Shown in pieces: positions 42,918-52,502 of a stretch of 64,000 nucleotides of DNA. Below the pieces are notes generated by a model. It was given only the letters and a program-made list of their open reading frames with translations. It was not told where the DNA came from and made no database searches. A program made the translations under genes and the position numbers. Location: the IMG/VR virus record IMGVR_UViG_3300043418_000114, positions 300,248 to 364,247 of that record. The stretch is one strand, 5' to 3'. Position 1 is the first letter of the stretch. Every line of letters begins with the position of its first letter.

Positions 42918-43894
42918 AGAAAATATTAGTATGTGGTGCTGGCGGATTCATTGGCACCCATCTAGTTGAGAAACTTAAAGAGCAAGGACACTATGTTGTT
43001 GGTGTTGATTTGCACTATCCTTTGTACTGTGAGACAAAGGCTGATAAGTTTTACCTCGTCGATTTGCGAGAGCAATACAGTGTTCGTAGTTTATTTGATG
43101 AAGTCAAGTACGACGAAGTATATCAGTTAGCGGCAGACATGGGTGGAGCAGGCTATATCTTTACTGGTGAACACGATGCTGACATTATGCATAATAGTTG
43201 TCAAATCAATTTAAACATACTTGCCGAAATGGTAAAGACTGGCGTGAAGAAAGTATTCTATAGCTCAAGTGCTTGTATGTATCCAAGTCATAATCAGGAA
43301 GATCCTGATAATCCACTATTGGCAGAAGATTCGGCATATCCTGCTAATCCAGACAGTGAGTATGGATGGGAGAAACTATTCTCAGAACGATTGTACATGA
43401 CATATGCAAAGAATTATGGCATTACTGCACGTATCGCACGTTTTCACAATATCTTTGGTCCACGTGGCTCATGGAACAACGGCAAAGAAAAAGCACCTGC
43501 GGCATTGTGTCGCAAAGTGGCAATGTGCGAAAACGGTGGCATCATCGATGTATGGGGTCCAGGCAATCAAACACGTAGTTTCTTATTCATCGATGAATGC
43601 ATTGAAGGCATTCAACGAATCATGGAAAGCGATTACGACAAGCCATTGAACTTAGGTAGCACTAGAATGATTTCAATCAATCAACTAGTCTTTTTGATTG
43701 CAAAGCTGAATGGGAAAAGTGTTTCTATTCGTAACATCGATGGACCCATGGGTGTAATGGGTCGCAACAGCGACAACAAGTTAATCAAAGAAACAATTGA
43801 TTGGACACCTGACGAAGATTTAGAATCCGGCTTGGTAAAGACGTATGCATGGATTCAAGAGCAAATTGCCAATGGCGAGAAAGACGTAGAATGA
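42914..43894 (+). CDS. NAD-dependent epimerase, GDP-mannose 3',5'-epimerase-like extended SDR
   Basis: GAGGFIG, LAADMGGAGYI, YSSSACMYP, YGWEK (YxxxK), RFHNIFGP and GKEKAPAALCRK. Confidence 0.85.
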   Translation: MKKILVCGAGGFIGTHLVEKLKEQGHYVVGVDLHYPLYCETKADKFYLVDLREQYSVRSLFDEVKYDEVYQLAADMGGAGYIFTGEHDADIMHNSCQINLNILAEMVKTGVKKVFYSSSACMYPSHNQEDPDNPLLAEDSAYPANPDSEYGWEKLFSERLYMTYAKNYGITARIARFHNIFGPRGSWNNGKEKAPAALCRKVAMCENGGIIDVWGPGNQTRSFLFIDECIEGIQRIMESDYDKPLNLGSTRMISINQLVFLIAKLNGKSVSIRNIDGPMGVMGRNSDNKLIKETIDWTPDEDLESGLVKTYAWIQEQIANGEKDVE

Positions 43895-44766
43895 CCAAAA
43901 AGTATATCGTTGGTCTAGGATGCAGTTGGACACAAGGTGAAGGCGGATGGACAGATGAAGTTATGCGCCAGTACCCAGAAGGTCGTGTGCAAATCGCACA
44001 TCGTGGCAAAGATGATTACCATTTGCGTAAAATGGAACACGAGAATAGTTGGGTAAATGTACTGTGTCGTGATTATTTTCCAGATCACACTCCAATGAAT
44101 TTGGGTATCAAGGGAATTGGAAATGAAGCGGCAGTACGTCAACTACATTTTTGCAATAGAATTGATTGGGACAACAGCACTGGTATTATCGTACTGATGT
44201 TAAGTGGCTTTGAGCGATGGACAATGTTTAACCCACGCATACATCCTGGATTTGGTCAAGATGACTTTTATTCTAACAACGAGATAGTTCACAACAAATG
44301 GCGCACAGCATGGCCAAACGACAATGACGCAGTGACCTCAATGTATGCCAGAGAACTTTGGTCTGAGCAATTTGTTTCAGGGTTCAATATGATGGCGTTG
44401 TTGGAACTACAACTATTTGCCAAAGCACACAACTTTAAAGTAGTTGTTGCCAACGCATTTAACGATAGACCAGAAGGTATAGTAAACTACCTACGAAACA
44501 ACTTAGGATCATTAGTAGATACATTTGATTGGGAATCAGCCTATGTTCATAACACAACATCACATGTGTCAATGATGCAACACTTGGTTGGTCTAGATGA
44601 CTTAATTCCAAGAGAACACTGGGCTGGATATTATCAATTCTATCGTAGCAGATCATGGCCGGCCACGTATTTAACTAACTGCGATGGAGCACATCCTACA
44701 ATCGAAGGATATAAGGCAATCAGTGAAGAACTTGCCAAGTTTATCAGATTGCGCGGCTATGTATAA
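43891..44766 (+). CDS. SGNH/GDSL-like protein
   Basis: GCSWT block I, GIGN, and C-terminal DGAHP. Confidence 0.6.
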   Translation: MTKKYIVGLGCSWTQGEGGWTDEVMRQYPEGRVQIAHRGKDDYHLRKMEHENSWVNVLCRDYFPDHTPMNLGIKGIGNEAAVRQLHFCNRIDWDNSTGIIVLMLSGFERWTMFNPRIHPGFGQDDFYSNNEIVHNKWRTAWPNDNDAVTSMYARELWSEQFVSGFNMMALLELQLFAKAHNFKVVVANAFNDRPEGIVNYLRNNLGSLVDTFDWESAYVHNTTSHVSMMQHLVGLDDLIPREHWAGYYQFYRSRSWPATYLTNCDGAHPTIEGYKAISEELAKFIRLRGYV

Positions 44767-46681
44767 GAAGAAAATTAGTTTTGTCAACCCAAATTTTCAG
44801 CAAGGACCAAAAGAGTTCAATGCGTATTATTTGCCATATAGCCCTGCTATACTATGGTCTTATGTAGCACAATTTGAAAACATTACTGACGAATATGAGC
44901 TAGGTGAATTCATCTGGCGTAGAGATTTAATTGAAGATGCAGTAGCAAGATTGAAGGATCATGCTATTGTGGGATTCAGTACCTATATTTGGAATCGTAG
45001 TTATAATGCAGTGCTAGCACGTGAGTTAAAGAAAGCCAACCCAGACATTCTTATTCTTGCAGGTGGACCTGAGTACCCAATTGAGAAGCCTAACTTCTTT
45101 AAGACGTACCCATTCATTGATATTTGTGCTAAGTTAGAAGGGGAAAAATCATTCAAGCGAATACTTGAACACTTTTTAACCGACAAAGACTACACAAAGA
45201 TTCCAGGTCTATTGATTAATGACAATGGCAAGACTATTGATACTGGCGATGCAGTGCGTATAGACGACTTAGACACGATACCAAGTCCATATCTAACAGA
45301 CGTATTCAAGCCACTCATGGACAAACATCCTGAGATACGATGGAATGCTACACTAGAGACAAACAGAGGTTGCCCATACGCATGTACATTCTGTGACTGG
45401 GGTTCACTGACGTACAACAAAGTCAAGAAGTTTGACTTAGAACGTGTGTATGCTGAATTAGAATGGATCGGTAAGAACAAGTGTGATTTCGTTTCACTAA
45501 CTGATGCAAACTTTGGCATCTTCCCTGAGCGTGATAGTTTGATTGCTGATAAACTGATTGCCGTACAAAAAGAATACGACAATCCAAAAGCATACACGAT
45601 TGCATGGGCAAAGAATCAAAAGCGTGAAGTTGTGGAGATTGTACGCAAGTTGATTTACGAGGGTGGTTCTAAGATGGGACTTAACCTGAGTGTGCAATCA
45701 ATGGATGACAATGTACTTGAAATCATCAAGCGTAAGAATCTTGAAATGAACAAGATTACCGAAGTGTTTGAAATGTGTGAAGAATACAACATTCCATTAT
45801 ACACTGAATTGATTCTAGGATTACCTGGCGAGACATTGGAAACTTGGAAAGATAACTTCTACAAGTTGTACAAAGCAGGTAATCATACCGGTATTACCGT
45901 GTATCAGGCACAGTTACTAGAGAACGCTGAAATGAACTTGTTGCAACGCAAACTCTACAAACTAGAAGGTCGCATCGTATATGACTATCTAGTTGGTACG
46001 TACAATGAGCATGAGTTAAAAGAGGGCATTGAAGTTATTGTATCAACAAAAGACATGCCATTCGACAAAATGGTTGAAGCACAAGTGTTTAGTTGGTTTA
46101 TGAATACGTTCCATATCAATGGCATCACAAACTATATCAGTCGCTTTCTTGAAAAGTACAGTAACGTAGAGTACGAAGTATTCTACGGCAAACTTCTAGA
46201 GCATATCAAACAAGACGAATGGTTTGCAAGCGAGATTAAGCGCATAGAAGAACACTATAGCAATTGGACAACACACGGTCGCATTGACCACGAACCAATT
46301 CAAGGCATCGAGATTCATGGGTGGAACTTGATTCATAGTACACTGATTAATTTGCATGGCCAAGGTAAACACACGCATGTGTTCGATATCGTAGAAGACT
46401 TCACAAAGCAATTCAAATTGCCTGATGATATCTTTGCAGAATTGATGACACTGCAACGTACATTCTTAGTAGACCATAACAGTATTCAGCAATACCCAAA
46501 AACGCTATCATTCAAGCATGATATCCTAGGATATATTCAAACGAATATGGAACTGGACAAAGATGCAAGTTATGAGTTTGAGTTCCCGGAAGATAAAACA
46601 ATGAGTTTGCAAAGATTCTGCGAACAGATTTTCTTTGCTAGACGTAGAAACTTTGGCAAGTCTTGGATAACAAGGAAATAA
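44759..46681 (+). CDS. Cobalamin-binding radical SAM enzyme (class B methyltransferase-like)
   Basis: GFSTYIWN...AGGP B12-binding region, ETNRGCPYACTFCDWG, ILGLPGET; likely start MYKKKISF at 44759. Confidence 0.85.
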   Translation: MYKKKISFVNPNFQQGPKEFNAYYLPYSPAILWSYVAQFENITDEYELGEFIWRRDLIEDAVARLKDHAIVGFSTYIWNRSYNAVLARELKKANPDILILAGGPEYPIEKPNFFKTYPFIDICAKLEGEKSFKRILEHFLTDKDYTKIPGLLINDNGKTIDTGDAVRIDDLDTIPSPYLTDVFKPLMDKHPEIRWNATLETNRGCPYACTFCDWGSLTYNKVKKFDLERVYAELEWIGKNKCDFVSLTDANFGIFPERDSLIADKLIAVQKEYDNPKAYTIAWAKNQKREVVEIVRKLIYEGGSKMGLNLSVQSMDDNVLEIIKRKNLEMNKITEVFEMCEEYNIPLYTELILGLPGETLETWKDNFYKLYKAGNHTGITVYQAQLLENAEMNLLQRKLYKLEGRIVYDYLVGTYNEHELKEGIEVIVSTKDMPFDKMVEAQVFSWFMNTFHINGITNYISRFLEKYSNVEYEVFYGKLLEHIKQDEWFASEIKRIEEHYSNWTTHGRIDHEPIQGIEIHGWNLIHSTLINLHGQGKHTHVFDIVEDFTKQFKLPDDIFAELMTLQRTFLVDHNSIQQYPKTLSFKHDILGYIQTNMELDKDASYEFEFPEDKTMSLQRFCEQIFFARRRNFGKSWITRK

Positions 46682-46682
46682 G

Positions 46683-47453
46683 ATGATTGTTGACTGGAAA
46701 AAGTACAACAGATTTTTCGCATTTGGATGTAGCTATACCAAATATATGTGGCCAACATGGGCAGATGTTGTATCTAAAACAATGCCAAATGCTGAGTTCT
46801 ATAACTTAGGCAAATCAGGTGGCGGTAACCCCCTCATATCGTATAGAGTTGCAGAAGCAAATAATAGATTTAAGTTCACTGATACTGATTTGATAATGAT
46901 CATGTTTTCTTCATATACTCGTGAAGATAGATGGGTAGAATCATCTTGGCAAAGTTTCGGGAACGTGTATCAAAATAGTTACTATGGTGATGCATGGTGT
47001 AGAAAATATGCAGATGAACGAGGATATATGATTCGTGACGCCGCCGTTATTGATATGACACTCAAGTATGTTGATAGTATGCCATGTGATTCTTATAGCA
47101 TGTTGAGTGTTCCATTCGTGACTGAGGTGGAAGATAACAACAGCGGTGTAACACCAGAAGATATAGCTACACTATACAAGGACACATTTGGTCGATTTAA
47201 ACCATCGTTCAAAGAATTAGAAATAATGCCAAACCCAGTTCTGGACTATAGTGGATTTCAAGATGGACATCCTGCTACGATTCGTCACTATAATTATCTA
47301 AGTAAATTGGGATTTGCACTTTCGGATGCATCCAAACAATTCGCAGACGAATCTACTGAAATATTGAAAACAATAAAGGCACGTAATCTAGTGCCAACTT
47401 ATTTTCCTGAACAAGACAACATGATTTCACTCACTGATAGGATAATGTTTTGA
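46683..47453 (+). CDS. SGNH/GDSL-like protein
   Basis: FGCSYT, NLGKSGGGN and C-terminal DGHP. Confidence 0.6.
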   Translation: MIVDWKKYNRFFAFGCSYTKYMWPTWADVVSKTMPNAEFYNLGKSGGGNPLISYRVAEANNRFKFTDTDLIMIMFSSYTREDRWVESSWQSFGNVYQNSYYGDAWCRKYADERGYMIRDAAVIDMTLKYVDSMPCDSYSMLSVPFVTEVEDNNSGVTPEDIATLYKDTFGRFKPSFKELEIMPNPVLDYSGFQDGHPATIRHYNYLSKLGFALSDASKQFADESTEILKTIKARNLVPTYFPEQDNMISLTDRIMF

Positions 47454-48631
47454 AGAAGCGCATCGCTATGATTGGTGTAGGCAAGCTAGGCAAAGACTGT
47501 GCCGAAGTTATGTCTGAACACAATGACGTTGTTGGATATGACGTTGAACAGGTAGATGCCACATTTCCAATGTGTGATACTGTCGAGCAGGCAGTAAAGG
47601 ATAGAGATATTATTTTTGTAGCAGTTCCAACTCCACATGATTCGATATACGGTGGAGAATCTCCAACTAGTCATTTGCCAAATAAGGACTTCGACTACAC
47701 AATTGCTACTGATGTTTTAACGGAGATTAACCGACACGTTAATGAAAGTCAATTGGTTGTCCTCATCAGCACCGTGCTACCCGGAACAGTACGCCGCTTC
47801 CTCGAACCCTGTATCACTAACGCAAGGTTCATTTACAACCCTTACCTAATAGCTATGGGTACCGTAAAACAGGATATTGTTAACCCAGAGATGGTTATCA
47901 TTGGCACGAAAAATGGTAGCCTTACTGGTGATGCTAGTGAACTAGTTGACTTTTATAAAGTGTTTGTTAACCCTGACACTCGTTTCGAGGTAGGTACATG
48001 GGACGAAGCAGAAGCTATTAAGATATTCTATAACACATTCATCAGTACTAAGATAGCACTGGTAAACATGATACAAGACGTTGCAGAAAAGAATGGCAAT
48101 ATGAATGTGGACGTAGTTACAAACGCATTAGCTAAGTCTACCCAGCGTATCATGGGTCCTCAGTACATGACTGCTGGCATGGGCGATGGTGGTTCATGTC
48201 ATCCTAGAGACAACATCGCACTGAGACATTTGGCTAGTAGATTGAATTTAGGTTACGATTTGTTCGATTCAATCATGAGAGCTAGAGAAGTTCAAGCAGA
48301 AAATCTAGCACTCAAATGTATATCCAATGGCAAAAGAGTTACAATTGTTGGCAAAGCGTATAAGCCTGGAGTACCATACACCAATGGTAGTTCAAGTCTG
48401 TTAGTTGGACACTACATTGAGCATCATGGTGGCACAGTAAACTACTATGATGTGAATACTGGTGATAGTGAATTTGCAACAGACTCAGATGTATATCTGA
48501 TTGGGTATTGGGAAGAATATGTAAATCGAATCAACTTCCCGCCACATGCAGTTGTGATTGATCCATGGAGAAAACTATCACCAGAGCAACACTCAGGTGA
48601 GATTATCTATTACGGTAATACTAGAAAATAA
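47450..48631 (+). CDS. UDP-glucose/GDP-mannose 6-dehydrogenase family protein
   Basis: IGVGKLG Rossmann motif, AVPTP, STVLPGT, AEAIK...N, GGSCHPRD catalytic Cys and AYKP. Confidence 0.9.
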   Translation: MKKRIAMIGVGKLGKDCAEVMSEHNDVVGYDVEQVDATFPMCDTVEQAVKDRDIIFVAVPTPHDSIYGGESPTSHLPNKDFDYTIATDVLTEINRHVNESQLVVLISTVLPGTVRRFLEPCITNARFIYNPYLIAMGTVKQDIVNPEMVIIGTKNGSLTGDASELVDFYKVFVNPDTRFEVGTWDEAEAIKIFYNTFISTKIALVNMIQDVAEKNGNMNVDVVTNALAKSTQRIMGPQYMTAGMGDGGSCHPRDNIALRHLASRLNLGYDLFDSIMRAREVQAENLALKCISNGKRVTIVGKAYKPGVPYTNGSSSLLVGHYIEHHGGTVNYYDVNTGDSEFATDSDVYLIGYWEEYVNRINFPPHAVVIDPWRKLSPEQHSGEIIYYGNTRK

Positions 48632-48689
48632 CGCTATTGCTTTTTTCTCTTAAATATCATATAATTTAAGAAGATAAAGGAGCTTGTTT

Positions 48690-50945
48690 TTGGATTTCAA
48701 TTTAAAATCACTTGCGGTTGATGAATTAAAACCGAAGGAACGTCCCACAGAGGACATTGCAGATGCTCGTCATCGTAGTATGATGGAAGCAATTGCACCG
48801 TATGCTAAGAAATCTGTACAAAAAAACTTAACTCCAGTTTACGTAAACTACAAAACTCGTAGCACTAAACTAGCATTGGTTCTATGCCCAGAATGGAGCC
48901 CTCATATGCCACCATTCAGTCTTGCTAGACTAAGTGGCGTTGCAAAGAGTGCTGGTTATGAAACTCACATCATGGACTTGAACGTGAAAGCGTACAATGC
49001 ATATCGTGATGATTGGTCAGTTAACAACAAACTACCGTTTAGACTGTGGGATCCAAGTGCATCATGGCATTGGCTAGGTGATACCTATCTGAAAGATATT
49101 CACCCTGTACTTGAACCTATCTTATCTGAGGCAGTAGATCAGATCGTAGAGATGAATCCAGATGTAGTTGGTTTCTCGGTATATTACATCAGTGAAGAAC
49201 CAACTAAGTGGATGTGTCAAGAGATTAAACGCAGAGCGCCACACATCAAGATCGCAGTTGGTGGTCCAAACGTACACAAGAGTTGGTTCAAGATTGAAGA
49301 CTACTATGATTACGTTGTAGTGGGTGAGGGTGAAGCTAACTTACTTGTCATGCTCGATGAAATCGAAGACAAGAAAGAAGTAGAGTATCCTCGCATTCTA
49401 ACACAACCAGAAGAAGAACGAATTAACATTAACGGGCTACCAATGCCTGATTATGAATCAATCGACTTTAACCTATACGAGTTGCCAAACGGCGTTAACT
49501 CAGAGATTAGTCGAGGCTGTACAGCTAAGTGTACATTCTGTGAAGAAACTCACTTCTGGAAATATCGTCAACGTCAAGCAGTTGACTTGATTGATGAAAT
49601 CGAATGGTTGTACTACAACAAGGGCACAGATATTATCTGGTTCATTGACAGTCTTATCAATGGCAACCCTAAAGAACTACGTGCATTCGCATTAGCACTC
49701 AAAGAAAAGAATTTGAAAGTTCGTTGGACTGGCTATGCTCGTTGTGATGGCCGCATGGACTATGAATATCTCAAAGACTTGGCCGATGGTGGTTGTATTA
49801 TGTTCAACTTTGGTGTTGAATCAGGTTCGCAAAAAGTACTTGATGATATGGCCAAAGGTGTAACCATTGCAGAGATGGAACAGAACTTCATCGACTGTAA
49901 GAAAGTTGGCATCTATTGCGCTACTAATTGGATTGTTGGATTCCCGACAGAAGATTACCAAGACTATGCAGATAGCATGACGTTGCTATGGCGTATGCGT
50001 AATAACAATATCAACAACGCTGGTCTAGGTGTCGGATATGGCCTAGGTCCTGAGACAATTGTAGGTCAACACCCACACAAGTTCAACATCAGTTGGCACA
50101 AGTATCAAGGACATTGGATTACTAAAGATTTGTCACGTGGCGGCACACATCTAATGATGCGTGTTAAAACATGGCACATGTTTGCTGACTTCCTACAGGG
50201 TTGTACCGAAGTGCCTATTGGATATCCTGTACGACATGCATTAGCAAAAGAACATTACAAAGTAACATTCGATGATCCTACAGTGATGAATGAAATCGAA
50301 TATGAAAAGTTTGACTATAACATAATCAAAGACAATGGAACTCCATTTGCCGATCAGTTGGTAAATGAAATGTGGCCGTTCTTTAGAATGTTGTGGAAGT
50401 GCAGAGGCGGATACGAAGCAGAAGTTAAGTTTAATCCAGAGATTGACTTGCGAGAATTTGGCCAGCAGTTTGGCCCTGGTATGTTCAACGCAGTGTTCAA
50501 GTTCAAGATCGATGCCGCAGGTAAATGGTCTGCTGACTTTGATATTGATTTTAAACAGATTGATAATCCATTTGATGATAGATTGCCACCGCCAGAAGGA
50601 CGCAAAGGTCCGTTCTATGCACAAGACTATTCTCGTTTACAAAGCAACACTAGCAAACGTGCTAGAAAGCTAGCAAAGCCTGAATGGGACATTGAAGAAG
50701 GTCGTAGTGGTACTGACTTTGGCGCATTACTTGATGAGGAAGCACACTTGAACGCTACAGTAGATTTTACATTCAATCTACAGTGGGCAGGTACTGGTGA
50801 TTGGGGAGACTTTGCAAACTATCAAGTTGAAGTTAGTAAAGTCAAACGTGAAGTGATGCCAGAAAAAGAAGTGATGCATTCACCCGAGATCATATCTATT
50901 CCTCTATCTGACATTAAACGTAAACGTCCACAATTTCCAGTATGA
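48690..50945 (+). CDS. Cobalamin-binding radical SAM enzyme
   Basis: DVVGFSVY, VGGP, GEGE, SRGCTAKCTFC, GVESGSQKVL and IVGFPTE; AGGAG RBS spacing favours TTG 48690; TAAATA box at 48651-48656. Confidence 0.85.
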   Translation: MDFNLKSLAVDELKPKERPTEDIADARHRSMMEAIAPYAKKSVQKNLTPVYVNYKTRSTKLALVLCPEWSPHMPPFSLARLSGVAKSAGYETHIMDLNVKAYNAYRDDWSVNNKLPFRLWDPSASWHWLGDTYLKDIHPVLEPILSEAVDQIVEMNPDVVGFSVYYISEEPTKWMCQEIKRRAPHIKIAVGGPNVHKSWFKIEDYYDYVVVGEGEANLLVMLDEIEDKKEVEYPRILTQPEEERININGLPMPDYESIDFNLYELPNGVNSEISRGCTAKCTFCEETHFWKYRQRQAVDLIDEIEWLYYNKGTDIIWFIDSLINGNPKELRAFALALKEKNLKVRWTGYARCDGRMDYEYLKDLADGGCIMFNFGVESGSQKVLDDMAKGVTIAEMEQNFIDCKKVGIYCATNWIVGFPTEDYQDYADSMTLLWRMRNNNINNAGLGVGYGLGPETIVGQHPHKFNISWHKYQGHWITKDLSRGGTHLMMRVKTWHMFADFLQGCTEVPIGYPVRHALAKEHYKVTFDDPTVMNEIEYEKFDYNIIKDNGTPFADQLVNEMWPFFRMLWKCRGGYEAEVKFNPEIDLREFGQQFGPGMFNAVFKFKIDAAGKWSADFDIDFKQIDNPFDDRLPPPEGRKGPFYAQDYSRLQSNTSKRARKLAKPEWDIEEGRSGTDFGALLDEEAHLNATVDFTFNLQWAGTGDWGDFANYQVEVSKVKREVMPEKEVMHSPEIISIPLSDIKRKRPQFPV

Positions 50946-51532
50946 ACAAGGTAAGAGAATTTGAGTATGAAATGGCGCACTTCTACAATGCGCCATATGC
51001 TGTTGCCACCGACTGTTGCACTCATGCTATTGAATTGTGTCTACGCTTGTTTAATCCAGTTGCTGTGACATGTCCTAATCATACCTATGCAAGTATCCCA
51101 ATGACATTTGAGAAGTTGAAGATACAATGGAATTTCCATTCTATTCATTGGAAAGACTATTATTTTATCGGCAACACAAACATCATCGATGGTGCAGTTT
51201 ATTGGAAACAGAATGGATACATTCGCAACACCATGATGTGTTTGAGTTTTCAATACAAGAAACACTTGAACATTGGTCGTGGCGGAATGATTCTGTTAGA
51301 TAACAAAGAACAATACGACCAGCTATTAAAGATGCGGTACGACGGTAGGACAGATGATAAGCCTTGGGCAGAGCAAGATATCGACTCCTTAGGATATCAC
51401 TACTATATGACGCCTGAGCAAGCAGAGATTGGTCTAGAAAAACTAAAGACAGCCAGAGCGACAGAACCTAAGCGATGGTCATCAAAAGACTATCCAGATT
51501 TGAAACAAATGAAAGTATTCAATGCTAAGTAA
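50942..51532 (+). CDS. Short DegT/DnrJ/EryC1/StrS-family PLP aminotransferase
   Basis: FE..MA...APYAVATDCCTHAIELCL, IIDGA and LSFQYKKHLNIGRGGMIL (PLP-lysine region); only 196 aa. Confidence 0.75.
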   Translation: MNKVREFEYEMAHFYNAPYAVATDCCTHAIELCLRLFNPVAVTCPNHTYASIPMTFEKLKIQWNFHSIHWKDYYFIGNTNIIDGAVYWKQNGYIRNTMMCLSFQYKKHLNIGRGGMILLDNKEQYDQLLKMRYDGRTDDKPWAEQDIDSLGYHYYMTPEQAEIGLEKLKTARATEPKRWSSKDYPDLKQMKVFNAK

Positions 51533-52502
51533 AAACGAATGGGATCCACTAGAAGTAGTAATGGTAGGCAGTGCCAGTGGAGCACGTATTCCATTACTAG
51601 ATACAAGTCTACGCTGTGTGAATTATGCAGACAGGCATTATACATATAATATTCCAATGGGTCCTTACCCACAGCAAGTTATTGATGAGGCAAACGAAGA
51701 CTTAGACACACTTGCTAAGTGGCTAGAGAGTAAAGATATTACGGTACTACGTCCAGACGATTCAGTTGTTCCTAAATACTATAACTACTGCCCAAGAGAC
51801 AACATCATCGTACATGACTATCAGATGTTTGCTACTCCTATGCCACTCAAAGCTAGACAGGATGAATTCAAAGCATTTGCAAAAGAACTCACTGGTTATG
51901 GCAAAATACTTGCTACAAGATTTGAACGTAACCTTAGCTTGTACAACACCAAGTGCATTGAGAACCCAGACATTCTTGCATTGACAGAGACCGAGCCTGC
52001 ATTTGATGCCGCTAATATACTACGTTCAAACGACGATCTATTTTATCTCGTGAGTAATAGTGGCAACAAGAAAGGTGCAGAGCTATTGCAGTTTATGTAT
52101 CCTGATAAGAAGGTCCATCTAATTGAAGGCGTGTATAGTTACATGCATTTAGATAGCACGATTGCATTGTTACGTGAAGGTCTTATGTTGTTGAATCCTG
52201 CACGAATCAAAAGCGTAGATCAATTGCCAGAGGCACTCAGAAACTGGGATGTGATTTGGTGTCCTGAGCCAGTAGATATCGGTCATTACCCTGATTACTG
52301 CAATGCCAGCACGTGGATAAATATGAATCTACTCAGTGTTAATCCTGAGTTAGTTATCATTGAAGAACATCAGAACAATTTACGAGTTGAATTAGAAAAG
52401 CATGGCATTGAATCAGCTATGTTACCAATGCGACATGCACGTACATTGGGAGGTTGTTTTCACTGTGTAACTTTAGATATAAAGAGAAAGCACAATGCAT
52501 AA
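51522..52502 (+). CDS. Amidinotransferase (StrB1 inosamine-phosphate / glycine amidinotransferase family)
   Basis: NEWDPLE..MVG, YCPRD, FDAAN, SNSGN, HLDST, W..MN.LS and C-terminal RTLGGCFHCVTLD catalytic Cys motif. Confidence 0.9.
   Translation: MLSKNEWDPLEVVMVGSASGARIPLLDTSLRCVNYADRHYTYNIPMGPYPQQVIDEANEDLDTLAKWLESKDITVLRPDDSVVPKYYNYCPRDNIIVHDYQMFATPMPLKARQDEFKAFAKELTGYGKILATRFERNLSLYNTKCIENPDILALTETEPAFDAANILRSNDDLFYLVSNSGNKKGAELLQFMYPDKKVHLIEGVYSYMHLDSTIALLREGLMLLNPARIKSVDQLPEALRNWDVIWCPEPVDIGHYPDYCNASTWINMNLLSVNPELVIIEEHQNNLRVELEKHGIESAMLPMRHARTLGGCFHCVTLDIKRKHNA

Noticed and set aside
44684-44758. Longer N-termini given by the ORF track (44684, 43849, 32598, 38104, 48684)
   Set aside because: Downstream starts that overlap the previous gene's end or fit SD spacing (44759, 43891, 32622, 38113, 48690) match the operon's coupling pattern better.
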